Source: Trypanosoma brucei (Eukaryota). From it: a DNA stretch of 64,000 bases. Below are positions 12,901 through 24,934 of this stretch, one piece after another (the stretch's first letter is position 1; every line of letters begins with the position of its first letter). The notes under the pieces are model-generated. The model was not told the origin of the DNA, ran no database searches, and worked only from the letters and a program-made list of their open reading frames with translations. The stretch covers positions 2,141,234-2,205,233 of the forward strand of contig CP000070.1 of NCBI GenBank assembly GCA_000002445.1, in the 5' to 3' direction. The position numbers were made by a program, and so were the translations under genes.

Positions 12901-15344
12901 CTTATTTGTTCTTTTTAGCCGTTCAAATGCTGCCCTTTCCCCCAGTTTTCTATCTTTATCATGAGGTTAGTTGCCGAGTCGTTCCATTATTATATAGTGT
13001 AGTGCCTTGAGGACATTATTGGGCCCATGTGTCGAATCGTTCGTGGCGTTGACGTCGTTTCCTGGCGGACAAGCAGGCATCATTGGCAGTGTTGTCAGGT
13101 GTGATCTAGGGGAAATTGTCCGTGTTAACTCTGGAACACTGTCTGCGTTTCATGCCGTATGCCCCCCTTTCCACTGCTACGCACGTTGACCGACCGATCG
13201 ATTCAATGTCCCATGTTCACAGCTGACCAAATATTTTTTCCTTTCCCTCTGAAGAAGTCACCACCGGGAGTGGGGTGCAACCCATGGGTTCACAACGGCA
13301 TGACTTAGTTTCTTAATCACTCTCAAACGTTTTCCCTCCTCACTTCTCTTCCACCCTTTCGGAGCTGCAATGATTCCCATCTTCCACGCCGAGGTTTGTT
13401 GTGGCATCAGGTTACCTCCGTCGGGTTTCTTCAGTTCATCGTTTTCCTGATCTCACGGCGCAACAACAGTAGCTGAAACGTTGGCATTGTTATTCTTCTG
13501 GTTGATTCTGCGGTATATATCCACACGGGTTGTGCAATCCCCCCTTTAATCTTGGAGGACCCGTTTTTTAAAAAGCCAATGAAAGGGATGAAAAGTTGGT
13601 GAGCACTGCCATTCTTATCCCTCTTTTGAGATCGCTTTTCCACAATCAGTAAGCGCTACGAATCTGCTTTTCACCTATGTACTCCTTATCCCATGGCTGG
13701 GTATGTAGTACTGTTTCACATCCTTAGAGTGTTGGAACAGTAAGGCCACAACTTCCAGCAAGCAAGGCGATGTCAATGACTCATCCGTCTAAATTGGGGA
13801 GTTGATTTTCTCTAGTTTTTACCTGTCCCGATATTCATTTGCGCTTTTCACCAATGAGGTCATCCGCTTTAGTTACCAACAACCTTCCTGAAGAGCAAGA
13901 AATACTAACGATGATCAGACAGTACCCGACAGCCTCAGAAAAATAAGCGGGCGCAGATGCGACCTGCAACCTGTGTCCAGATATGAGCCAGTGGGATACT
14001 ATCCGGGAGTACCCCGTGACACTTAGGCTTAGTGCAACAACTGGGTCCTCCGTCACCGCGCTCCTTCTCATCGGCTAGAAACCCGCGCCAATACCACACA
14101 CAAAGACAACGAAGTTTTCGTGTGTACTCCCCTTGTGGGGCTACGTTTTTCCCTTTCAGAATTCCTGTCGTAGTCTTGATCATGTCGACCCGATTTCCTC
14201 ATCGGAAGCAGTGCTCATGTGTTCAGAACGGTAGATCTCAGTACACAAGAAGGTATGCTCACAGGCAGATTGAGCGAATGATTGATCCTCGTCAACCCAG
14301 AGGAGAGGGAGGAATGAACATTGTCGTTTTACCAGTCCGTTGCCCACACGATGTATAATTGTTCATCTGTGCCACTGCCGAATCCTGGGACGCATGCTGA
14401 CGCTTAGCCCCCTTTCTCCCCCATGAGGGGACCCGCCCATGCTCTGCTGGGGATGCGGCGGCAACCTTCAAAAGCTAATGTTGAAGAGTGATTCTTACGC
14501 AGTTAGCTACTGAAGTAATACTGGAAGCAGGTGTCCACAGCCTACGACACGTCCCGCTTCTACGTTGTGTGAGTCACAGCTGCTTCCATAATTGGCCTTG
14601 TGATGTGGGACGGCTGTCGGTAGGATAATAATAATAGTAATGTCCCAGCAAAGTGGGACGATGACCAAACATATGGATCAACTTCCGTTACCGCAACGGG
14701 GACTATTGCATCACCGGATGAACAATAACGGCGGTGACGGTCAACCTATAAAATCTGCGCAAGCGGGCGATCTAACCGTAACCTACAAATGGCGATCCAA
14801 TGCCACGTTTCTCGAACGGGTCACCATCCGAGCACCTACCGCACAATCAGGTGGCAAAAAATGTCACCCAATCACACTCGCTAATTCGGAGCGACTACCT
14901 CCAAAACATGTCGGACTCACGCAGTGATGCAATCCATTCAGAAAAAAAAAATCATCGCCCCCCCCCCTTAAGTAACATGGCTTTTTGACCGCAGTAGCCA
15001 CTGTGCTTTCGCACCCTTCGCCGAGGTGCTTGCACATACTACGGGCAAGCGGCAGCAAAACCCTTGGCGTATTCGCGTGTATTGCTTCCGCCCACAGTGT
15101 ACACAAGGAAAAAATATAGAATGAGTGGCAAAACAGTGAGTTAAGATGCAATGCAGCTAGGAGGAAAGCTCATTTTCTCGAACGCCAACACACCAAGGTG
15201 TCCGGAAGGAACGTCTGTGAACCTTCACTTTCACGCGGTATACGGGGTTGATCCGCGCTAGAATAAAAACGTTAAAATTCAGCGCCATCTCGACGACACG
15301 TCGGTACGAATGAGCCTGCACACGACTCAGTCGCGCATCGGAAA

Positions 15345-17795
15345 TCAAATATTAGTAGGAACCACGTCCCGCCGTCTTTGGAAGACGAGTGTTAATATAA
15401 AAAGTGTCAACGCACACAAAGAAATTACGGACAAAAGATAAACATATTCCAATATACCCCCGTCACTGTATCTCGATCTTACTGAAGAAACATGGTCACC
15501 AAACGTAAAAAACACACCGTCATGTGACTGCCTGCCAGCCCCCGCAGCGACTCTTGAAGACACAGGAAGCGGCGTCGTCGGGTTGGCTGCACGGATCACC
15601 TCCCTGTTGGTGAACACCAACTGTAGTTCCCCTTCGCTCAACCTTCGGTTGTACAGGAGCACACTGTGTACAGTTATGGATGTGTGATCCGAGAGATCAG
15701 AGGACGCTGGGGTTCCAACGAAAAAGTGCCTAATGTTTAGAAGGTCGACACGATCGGACTCACTAACATTAATTGCAGCAACCGCTAGTTTGCCGTCAAC
15801 GTATGCAACAACCAAACCATCTTGCAATGCTAGTGCAATCTGGTGAGTCTCTTCCAAATTTGACGGCACCGGAGAACCTTCGCTGCATTTTTCTCCGTAC
15901 ATCAGAGTCCATCTCGTATTTTCAATCGAAAGAATAAAGAGTTTATTAGCATTCTTTTCTCCATTCACAAAACCAATTAATGGAGTGTCCCTTTGAGGCA
16001 CCGCGCCAAACTGCACCGTCGCCACAATTGTGAAATGGGTGTTGGCAAAGTAGTACCGTTGGTCTTGCCCTTGCTCACTAACCGGCCACACTACACTGCT
16101 TCCACTGGTACCACCTAATACGACGCCACGTTTGTTGTCCACAGCTCCACTGACACTTGCATTTACACACTTGTACACGTCAGGCCACACATGTCCAACT
16201 GCGGGTCCGGTAAGCAACCCGGCAAGATCACCAACTGGTATCCCCTTACAAGGTCTCGTTCCTCCAACCGATGAAAGACAGTCACCCACCAACAGAGCAT
16301 CCTGTGCCTTCCATAACAACACGACCCGTTTAATCATCTTCATCTCATCCACAAGACGTGCAAGGTAAATAGTGAAAACCTCTTCGATTTTCTGCTCATA
16401 TAGGCAGTAAAGTTTGCCATCGCTCGTGTATAGTAAGGAGCTGTATGGACTGTTGTCGTCACCTTGAGATATCTGTCCGACAAGGAATACACGAGTGCCG
16501 TCCGTTAACCATAACTGGAGATGGTCACGCGAGAAACTCCCCTTCTCATTTTTTGGCTGAGAAATTAGCATGACATCCATGCCCTCCACAGTTATGGAAA
16601 TAGCACTTCCTGAACTACCAGGCTGGTTACGAAGCGGCGAGTTGCCTATCACTCGGGAAAGAGTACTGATGGATTCCTTCAACGTATTCCCTAGGTCACT
16701 CGTTTCAAACACCCTGCGGTAACCTACATATTCGGCCGTTCTGGCATTCACTAACAACCTGTCTTTCCACCAAACCACGGAAGATTCAGTTGAACCGACC
16801 GGTGTTTCTCCCGCACCGAAGTGCCATGTTTTGCCATCATCAGTTGAGTACAAAAGTTTTCCTACAACATGGTTCCATGTATTCTTGACTTGGACAGAAA
16901 ATACAATGGCGCCGTCTGGCGTTACGGCAGCGTTCCCTACGCCACCAAGAAACTGGGATGGGGGGTGCCCACCTGGTGAGGGCACCGTTGCTAAGAGAAA
17001 CTTCAGGTTCTGGGGAGCCTCAAATGTAATGCTCGCAGTTACATTACCATCTTTTTCCTCTTTGATGACAGTACCCTTGTACATGAGTATATCCCAGTCT
17101 TCGCCGTAATGCTGCCACGTCCAATACTTACTGGAAGTGTTGTACCTTCCCACGAGAACGAATATATTGTTTCCTTTGACGGCGACTGTGGGATCTACAA
17201 CTCGGGAAAAATTAGTGTTAACACGACTGTTCTCAATGATGACTTTAGTCTTCCAAGTATCCCCACCATCAGCACTGTACTTGGCAACTGTCTCAGTGAA
17301 GGTGAAATCAGCAGATGAAATGTACCGTACGTCGGCGATGCCCACCAACACACCACTGACTTCAACAAACGAAGGGACACGGAAAGAGTGAACGTTGCGC
17401 ATCCATTGCGTTCCATTCTTCTCCCTAAATGGAACTTTCGTCCTCGGCACCAGCGTGTATCCTTTCTTCCTCTGAGAAAGCCACTCCTTCCTGCAAACTT
17501 CTCCCTTAGCTTCTTTAGCAACCGAGTCCATGCACCACGCCCACCATTCATAGCCGGCGTTCCACTCGGGGGAGGTTTTCCAACTGCCCTTTTCCCATTC
17601 ACTCTTCCTCACCCACCGGCCACCTTCCAGAAACACCTCACGCGTCGTCTTCTCATAGATCTTGGAGGACACGATGCCGCAGCAAAATGACAAAACAGAT
17701 AGTATCACCACTGTGCACGGTAAAAACGGATATGCTAACATGGAAAATGGGCTCGTCAGGCTTAGGGTGCCCATGCGCACCTGCAGGCGTTCCAT
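15345..17795 (-). CDS. Trans-sialidase/sialidase family protein (about 816 aa from the first ATG; the ORF-track start at 17840 is a GTG)
   Basis: FRIP-type motif (SFRVPSFVEV) carrying the catalytic Arg. Asp in IADVRY matches the TcTS Asp59 position. Asp boxes SADGGDTW and STDDGKTW are present. A hydrophobic N-terminal signal (MLAYPFLPCTVVILSVLSFCCGIVSS) and a hydrophobic C-terminus (LLSVISLCALTLFILTLVF) are consistent with a GPI-anchored surface enzyme. In-frame ATGs lie at 17795, 17774 and 17741; the signal peptide favours 17741 or 17774. Confidence 0.85.
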   Translation of the reverse strand: MERLQVRMGTLSLTSPFSMLAYPFLPCTVVILSVLSFCCGIVSSKIYEKTTREVFLEGGRWVRKSEWEKGSWKTSPEWNAGYEWWAWCMDSVAKEAKGEVCRKEWLSQRKKGYTLVPRTKVPFREKNGTQWMRNVHSFRVPSFVEVSGVLVGIADVRYISSADFTFTETVAKYSADGGDTWKTKVIIENSRVNTNFSRVVDPTVAVKGNNIFVLVGRYNTSSKYWTWQHYGEDWDILMYKGTVIKEEKDGNVTASITFEAPQNLKFLLATVPSPGGHPPSQFLGGVGNAAVTPDGAIVFSVQVKNTWNHVVGKLLYSTDDGKTWHFGAGETPVGSTESSVVWWKDRLLVNARTAEYVGYRRVFETSDLGNTLKESISTLSRVIGNSPLRNQPGSSGSAISITVEGMDVMLISQPKNEKGSFSRDHLQLWLTDGTRVFLVGQISQGDDNSPYSSLLYTSDGKLYCLYEQKIEEVFTIYLARLVDEMKMIKRVVLLWKAQDALLVGDCLSSVGGTRPCKGIPVGDLAGLLTGPAVGHVWPDVYKCVNASVSGAVDNKRGVVLGGTSGSSVVWPVSEQGQDQRYYFANTHFTIVATVQFGAVPQRDTPLIGFVNGEKNANKLFILSIENTRWTLMYGEKCSEGSPVPSNLEETHQIALALQDGLVVAYVDGKLAVAAINVSESDRVDLLNIRHFFVGTPASSDLSDHTSITVHSVLLYNRRLSEGELQLVFTNREVIRAANPTTPLPVSSRVAAGAGRQSHDGVFFTFGDHVSSVRSRYSDGGILEYVYLLSVISLCALTLFILTLVFQRRRDVVPTNI

Positions 17796-20008
17796 ATACT
17801 TTCTGCAAGCGTCCTCGCACCTAGCGAATACACCGCTCACAAGGTATAGTATAAGAGTACGCTTTCTAACACGTAAAATTCATGTCGTAAGGTGAAGTAA
17901 TCGAGGTTGAAATAAAACACACTCATTAACGCAATGGATTAGGCACAAAAATACAAATGCCAGCGGGAACGTCACGAAGACCACTGCAAAAGTTGAACCC
18001 ATGCGTTACGCTTGGTGGTCGGGCTGGTCGAAGAGACATAAACGAACTGCTGTTACACCACCAACTCCGTAAATTGTTTGATTGACGTAGAATATTAGTG
18101 ATAAGAATGTATTCGCAGCGGCCTTATATGGGGGCAAAAAATAACCGTAGGGTCACTTCCTAACACGCATTGAACAAGAGGTACCGATACGCGTGCACTC
18201 ATACAAGTTTTACAAACCCCCATGTTGTGAACAGTTAAATCCCTCATCTCTCTTATCAATATAGCGGCAAGTTTCAGCTTTTTGTTTAACCAGGAGAACT
18301 CAAGAGGCTGCAACAAACTTCGTGAAAGATAGGCAGGTGCGGAGGGGGGACGGCATCAAGTCACCGTGGGGTGAGCGGCAGCCCTCCTATAGGGGAAACC
18401 CGCTGCTGGAACTCCTTTACGAACTTATATGCGTAATGTCAGCAAAGTCGTCCGCGCCAACAGGAAAGTAAACTAACCCTAAGCAGTCGGTTTGCTACTC
18501 AACGAGCGGGGAAATTAAATTCGGGCCCGCCATACTGATGCCCGAAAGTCGAGAAGAAAAGGGACTGCACCCTCCTTCATAGGTGAAGCTGAACTCCCAT
18601 TACGGCAGTAATTGTAAAGAGAGAACAAACTGATCGACGCTGCCGCAGCTGAGGCAAAGAATTGCCCTATCGAACCGGCATGCCGGCAGGGACTTCAAGG
18701 GGAGAAAATAAAACGGCCCCCAAAAGGAAACTCATCGGTGATGAATTACCCACACGACACTGGCATATCAGTTGTTAGAGTGCAAAGGCGCCGTTGTTAG
18801 TATGGGCTACAGCTTTCTACCGTCCAAATTTGGCCGCGACACAAATCCTTTGCTTTCGCCCAAGGAAAGCGCAGTGTAGCCGGACTGTACGTTGCGCACG
18901 GACGTGAAGGCCAATTGAAACAAGCCTAAGACAGCCCACTGGCACAACCAAGCCACGTGTTAGCAGAAAAGTGAGTGACACCACTTCAATTAGGGATGAG
19001 ATCACAGTGGTACAGTATCCTCCCCTAGGTTACCGCTCCACTCCTTCGATCGCAATGCGGCACCCATTCACCGTGCCCAACCCAACGTGATCACCGAACT
19101 TTACGGCAGTGCGAGCATAGGCGAAGGGGAAGCGCTGCTTGGTGCGGCCCATGCGAGAAACTTCAGCCACTGAAAAGGGACTGTTCCAATACACCTCCCG
19201 CTAGCCGCATCCCCGCTGACGAACAAAAACATGTATGCGGCGCCCCGGTGTCCCGAGGCTGAGTCAGTAATTGCAGTGCTTTCGCCCCCTTTTCGGTGGA
19301 GTGGGAGCCAATGCCAGTGTTCGGACTGAGCAGGCGAGGATGTTGGCGACGCGAGGGCAGCATGAAGTGACGGTGAAAGCGTGGTCAGGCATTTCTCGCC
19401 TCTACGCGGGAGGGTACAGCGCAATCAGGTGCGCTCCGACAGTCCGGACGCGGTGCGTACCGAAAGCGTGTGCCGCAGTCGCGGGAGGAAGTGCCACAAT
19501 GTCACTTCTTTCCTCCGGGGCGCGGAAGCAATGTCGAGTCTTTCCGTATGAAGGGCGGTGCGTCAGCCAAAGAAGGTCCGATGCGAACCGGAGGCGTTGA
19601 ACCAAGGAAAGGACGTAAAATAGTTTAGTTGAGACACTGGCAACACACCGCAGCAAACGACCACCACAAGGGCGCGGAAGGGGGTGGGGGAGATATGGCG
19701 ACGCCGTGGCGAACGTCAACCATCTCAACACAATTAGGGGACGGATGCTTGACACTTTGGGTCAGTCCGTTCTTTGCCTATTCGATATCTGCCGCCCACG
19801 GCTCCGCTTGTGGCGTTTACCTTCAGACGCGAGGGCGCCATCGAGTTGGAGTGAGAGGGGTGTCGAGTCCCGGCTCCTCTTCTGTGGGAGGGGAAGCAGC
19901 GGTGCCACCACACTATGGTTATTGCCGTCGCGACGTCGTCGGTCCCGTGCGACACCTTACTGAATCGGTTCCCGTTCCTCGTTTCAGTCCGTGTGGCGTT
20001 CACGACAC

Positions 20009-20023
20009 GGGGGGGGGGGGGGG
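20009..20023. repeat. G15 homopolymer inside the divergent strand-switch region
   Basis: Direct reading of the sequence. Confidence 0.9.
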
Positions 20024-20591
20024 CCGTATCCGTTGCGGAGCTTTGTCGTTTTAGAGAGTTTTGGGTTCTAGTGTCGTGCAACATTAGCGAGTTGACTCCC
20101 CACCTCCATTGCAGGTTGTACCGCTTCCTTTTTGTTGACCAAATAAATGTGATTTTCTGCTTGTTCGTAGCTGGGCGCCGTCATCTGGATGCGAAAATGA
20201 TTTAAGTACCGTCCGTTGTGTTGATGTGTCCTGCTGCATGCAGATGTGACGGAGGTTGCCGATATGGCGAAGTCTAAACACCTTTTGGCTGCAGAAATGC
20301 TGTAACAGTTGCGCATGGCGCCGGTGGGTCGGTGCCGGTGCTTTCCGGGAGTAGCTGCCGTGCCATAGAGTGCAGAAGTTTCCGATTTGGCGATTCTGCT
20401 CGGTTAAATTCGCTTGTTTACTTTCCCAAGCTATCGCCTTTGACTTTGAACGAAGAGGGGGAGGTACTTGCCCCTTAGAAACCGTGGCAGCGTCAGGTGC
20501 AGAGGTTTGTTATGGGCGTTTGAGACGGGGGCTGCTTGCAGTGACTGAACAGAGTGTGAGCCAACATGTTTGCTTGATAACGAAAACCCTC

Positions 20592-20613
20592 TTTTTTTTT
20601 TTAGGGGGGGGGG
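20592..20613. repeat. T11-a-G10 compound homopolymer
   Basis: Direct reading of the sequence. Confidence 0.9.
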
Positions 20614-23600
20614 TCATACCAGCAGCTTATTTTACATGTTTATGTGTTGATGCGTACAGTTCACTCACATGCATTTTTTGTTTCGTTATTTCTTTTCCCC
20701 AGTGGGAAAATGCACTGTGCAACTGATAGGATAGATCAGCTCTCTTTTGCGGTGGGCTGTTCTCGTTTCAGCATCATATGACGAGCAAGTCGCCGGAGTA
20801 GGGGCTTTCGTTTATTTGATATTTCCCAACCGCCCTCCTCTTGCGGCGTTCCGTCTTTTTTACCTCTGAGATTAGCTTTGTATGTGTGGAGCGCTGGATT
20901 GCGTTGGGACAACACACACCTTTCACTTGTGTGAAGCGGTAGGCTCAGAAGCTGGTGAGTTAATGTGACTGCTCGGTGTGCCGTGATTTTTTGGTCATTT
21001 TTCGTACTTCAATTACTTTCCCCGAGTCGTTCCTGTTTGTGGGAAAAAAAAACAGTGACGAGCTTACCTTTCTTTTGTACCAGCGGCGGTTGTTTATGTT
21101 GTATTGTATTTGTTTGCCAATTCAATTGACGACTTAATTAGCGTTATCATTGTTAACTTTTTTGCTTTGGAGAACCCACGGGGAGAGGCACCACGGTTGC
21201 AGTGGTCACCGTTGCAGCAATCGCTGCAGGTTACTTGTTTTATCGAAGTGGTGGAAGATAGTAGTAAAACACTCATATCACTCACACTTGAATGTTGTTT
21301 CAGAATTATTGGATATCGCATGGGACAACTGAGAATGTTGTGCGTGTTACGTAGATTCAAGCGACATCCACTCAAGTCAGCGGTTAAAAGCGTTTGCCTT
21401 ACCGTGGATTTGACTTCTTGCGTTGGGTTTCACTGACATATCGTTGGGTTTGAACAATCAGCTTATAGACAAAGTTATTTTACCATTCTCCTCTTTTTAC
21501 CAGTTTTGTTATTTACAGGTGGGCTTACTTTTCCACTTGTAACCATTTGAAGGCTGTGGTAAGCATTATTTATGTGCCACCGTGCCGGCAGTGTTGTTAA
21601 GCAGGGGGGAAAGAAGGCACTATTGAAACATATTGGCACCATTTAAACGCCACCATACGCCAACATGGAACTTCTTCGTTATTTTCCCGCAATGTCATCC
21701 TGTGAGTCACACTTGTAATCACTACGGGGATTCGTCCGGCAGATTCTAGTCGTGCTCGTTCAGTGGGCAATGTTCTCTCTCACTGGTGCAGGCCATTATC
21801 GTCATTGTGATGGAGGTGCTTGGAATTGGACATCCGGTTTCTTACTTTTTATGTTGTTCACATCACAACCACCACACAGACACTTTCCCGTAGGTATGAT
21901 GTCCTTTAAAAAAAGTGGAACTGACGGCTCCAGAAGGGCTTCTACCATGTTGATTTTCTGCCTCGACGGGATCGTGAAGGCTGATCAACTGTGATAAATT
22001 CATATTGACGGCCCGTGACTTCGAGGACTTTTTTGTGGCTGAGCGTCGAGAGAAGCTCCAGGACCAGGACATGCCTGTGCTAGTGGGGGCACCGAGCACG
22101 GTACGGAAAGGTATTAAATAAACTGGAGCAACCACATAGATGTGTATCATTAGATGCAACTAATAAAGTTTGAAGTTACAGCAGAGACAGCGATACTTCA
22201 CTGCAGTGGATTATGCCAACGGGTGCTTGCGGGGGTTATGATCAGTTGGTGGTGAGCGCTTTTCTAAAGAGGATCGTCGGGTACGAACCCAGTAGCAGTG
22301 CCGGATGTGTATACAAGGAAGCCGGATTTTTTCTGCACTGATAGGTGCCATGCCAATTAATGGGTGCCTTATGGATGCTTTGAATGAAACGTTCTCTGTG
22401 GAACTTGAAGTGCTCACAATGCTGGCAGAGTAGCTTTACAGGTCGCACGAAAATGTATTTGACAGAGCGTCGATATCGGTCTGCACTTGCTGAATATAGT
22501 GAATATATTGATTCTGACGATCCCTGGTGGGATAAGCTAAACTAATTCCCACTGGATGCTAATCATGTCTACACGGATGAAGAGACGTGTGCTCGTCATT
22601 TCGTTGTACAAAAGCTGCCTGGCAGCGAACCTACCACGCTACAGGCGAAGGTAATGGAGAAGCTAAAGTGCTTGACACCAAATCCAGAGATGTCGCACAT
22701 ACGAGGTGAACATGGCGCTCGACTGGTGCGCCACGGAGGTGCTGTGCTGACGATCTCCGTTTCTTTTACCGAACACATGCGGTAAAGTGGAGCCCAGATG
22801 AAACGAACGGAGCGGAATCCGGTTCGCTAGTTTTCAGCCTTGCTGTGACGTGTGGTCGAGCCACTGAGCATAGCTGTATGTGTTTGCGGTGTGTGATTGA
22901 AAAGTGAAAGAGGTTGTGGAAGAGGGTGATGAACGGTACCGGTATTGAAACAACTTGGTTATGCCGATGGGGCGCCGTCAGATCTATTTCCCTGCGCGGG
23001 TTTTGTTGGAGAGGCCCAAAGAACTTAAAGTCTTCACTGGGCGGTGCTGGTTGCGAGGCCGCAGTCCAGTTACTGACGTGCTGGGGTCTTGACGAATCGC
23101 ACCTGGAACCGATAAATCGGTAGTTTAGTTGCAGTGAATTGCCTGTACATGGTTTCTACTTGAATAATTGCGAGTCGTCGGCCGCAGCAGAGATTTAGGG
23201 GCTATTGTGCTTGAAGAGGGTTAGATTGTATACATGGGGCGTTTGGAACAGTAACCTTTAAGGGCGGAAATGAGGCTGTTTTTCTGTTTTCGTTTTTTTT
23301 CCCGTAAATTTCATATTATCGAAAATCTCTGGTGTGACATCGGCACCGACAAGTCTCTAGGGGTCCAATCCAACGGAGACACGTATGAACTGCAAAGTAA
23401 CGGAACAAGTGATGAATAAAAGGGAAGTCTGTGCAACCTCAGTGTTTGAATGATTTGCCCCGTACCGGGGGAGTGCCTACCTGAGCAGGTCTAACGAACT
23501 CTGGGTACATCCTGTTTGCGTTACTGTTTTCTTTGAGTGTATAGATGTTGAACACCACCCCTACGTACGCACCCCTACCTTTCGTCAATCCTGCGGATTG

Positions 23601-24004
23601 TATCAGGGGTGAACGGCAGGCAAAAGGTGCGCTTTAGTGACATTTGTGCACTTCAACATTCTGTCAGGGACTGCGTTTTCTTTCCTTTGCATGCGGAAGC
23701 CGTGAAGTGGAAGTGGACTCGGTACTACGATAAGGCTAAGCTTGAAGGGCTCACCAAGACTCACTTCCTTCCCCCGCTATCGGAAAGTACTCGTTGGCGT
23801 GGCGCATCAAGCAGGTGTTCACTTTCTTACCAAAAGTAGTAGTAAAATGCGGGTGGTGGCTGAGGGTGTTGTCAAATTTGAAGTACCAACCCGATGAACC
23901 GTTCTAGGGTGCAAACACAAGCTAAGCACTTCGATTTAGGAATTTCATTTGCACTTCACTTCAATTACTGTTACCGATTGGTCTGTATGCGCATAGCCCC
24001 ACTA

Positions 24005-24095
24005 ATCTCTTTTCCCTCTTCCTACCGCTTAATTTACATGAATACTGGTCATGTGATTCGCTACGCTTGTCCCCAACTTGCCCTTTGGATCGCAG
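24005..24095 (+). promoter_or_regulatory. Putative trans-splicing acceptor (polypyrimidine tract plus first downstream AG) for the RING-protein gene
   Basis: A ctcttttccctcttcctaccgctt tract, with the first downstream AG at 24094-24095, lies 2 nt before the ATG. Confidence 0.35.
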
Positions 24096-24097
24096 AT

Positions 24098-24934
24098 ATG
24101 AGTTCCATCCCCGCCAACAGCGTTACCTGCTCCATATGCCTCGAGCACTGGGTAGAACCGACGGAGTGCCTGCCATGCAGGCACATATTCTGCAAGAAGT
24201 GCATATCCAGAGTAGAACGGTGTCCTTTGTGCCGCTCGCACATAAGGGAAATGATGAGTGCTAATCGCTTCCTGCTTGAGGCGGTGGAAGGCGTTGTTGG
24301 GCATGACGGGGTTGAACAACGGGTAAGGAATGCAGAGCAGCGAGCAGAGGAGGCAGAGAAAATTTTGGCGGAGATCGCTGGGCCGTTTTTGGAAACAGAC
24401 AACGAAACATGTTGGGAGGCGAAGGCAAGGGAGAATGCAGAAAAGGTCATCGGAGGCCTCCGGTCCCAGCTGGAGTGTCTAAGAGCGAAGAAACGCGGTA
24501 TGGAAGCAGCCATATCGAAACTGGAAGCGAGCAAGAGAAATTGTGCGCGGGGTCCGGATGTAAATCATTTTTTGCATTGCCTTTCGGGTGCCACACTGCT
24601 TCCGCAGTTGATATCAACCTTTGCCCCAACTTCAACTTCGCGCGCCGCCATGGGTGTTGCAGCGAGAGCGGCGTTGGGGATGGTGACGGGAGGTCCTTTG
24701 GGGGCGGTCGCCGCCGCAGCATTTGCGGGGGAGTCGAGTGGGAGGCAAGGAAATGATGAGATAGATGAAGAAATACGAGTGAAAACAGCAGACCTGCGGA
24801 TTTTGGAGCGTGAGATCGAGAACATCGAGGCCAACTTGCGTTTGGAGGAAGAGAAGGAGAATCGAAGGCAGTATTTTGTGGGGTTGATAAGGTCAATGGG
24901 ACAAAATTCGGAGCGCGGGATGGGACAATCATAG
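24098..24934 (+). CDS. RING-finger (C3HC4) protein with a coiled-coil and a C-terminal Gly/Ala-rich hydrophobic segment, 278 aa
   Basis: CSICLEHWVEPTECLPCRHIFCKKCISRVERCPLCRSH is a canonical RING. The ATG at 24098 follows a polypyrimidine tract (24005..24030) and an AG at 24094-24095. The longer ORF from 23894 has no such acceptor context. Confidence 0.7.
   Translation: MSSIPANSVTCSICLEHWVEPTECLPCRHIFCKKCISRVERCPLCRSHIREMMSANRFLLEAVEGVVGHDGVEQRVRNAEQRAEEAEKILAEIAGPFLETDNETCWEAKARENAEKVIGGLRSQLECLRAKKRGMEAAISKLEASKRNCARGPDVNHFLHCLSGATLLPQLISTFAPTSTSRAAMGVAARAALGMVTGGPLGAVAAAAFAGESSGRQGNDEIDEEIRVKTADLRILEREIENIEANLRLEEEKENRRQYFVGLIRSMGQNSERGMGQS

Larger units (their letters stand above)
17841..24097. 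promoter_or_regulatory. Divergent strand-switch region between the minus-strand block (trans-sialidase) and the plus-strand block (RING protein); candidate RNA pol II initiation zone
   Basis: Gene orientation flips from minus to plus across about 6.2 kb with no convincing ORF. The region contains a GC-rich island (about 19100-20100) and the homopolymers G15 (20009..20023) and T11-a-G10 (20592..20613). Confidence 0.5.

Noticed and set aside
18660-18700. tRNA B-box-like GGTTCGATAGG (reverse strand); general eye-search of both strand-switch regions for tRNA, snRNA, 5S and SL RNA genes
   Set aside because: It does not match the GGTTCGANTCC consensus, and no cloverleaf is evident. No RNA gene could be supported by eye, and a proper covariance-model scan is needed.
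19271-20084. Five overlapping ORFs of 85-141 aa on both strands
   Set aside because: They occur in a GC-rich island where stop codons are rare. The translations are Arg/Gly/Ala-rich noise with no domain signal.
23894-24097. N-terminal 68 codons of the long RING ORF
   Set aside because: The internal ATG at 24098 directly follows a polypyrimidine tract and an AG acceptor. The upstream extension is hydrophobic and low-complexity, and it overlaps that acceptor signal.
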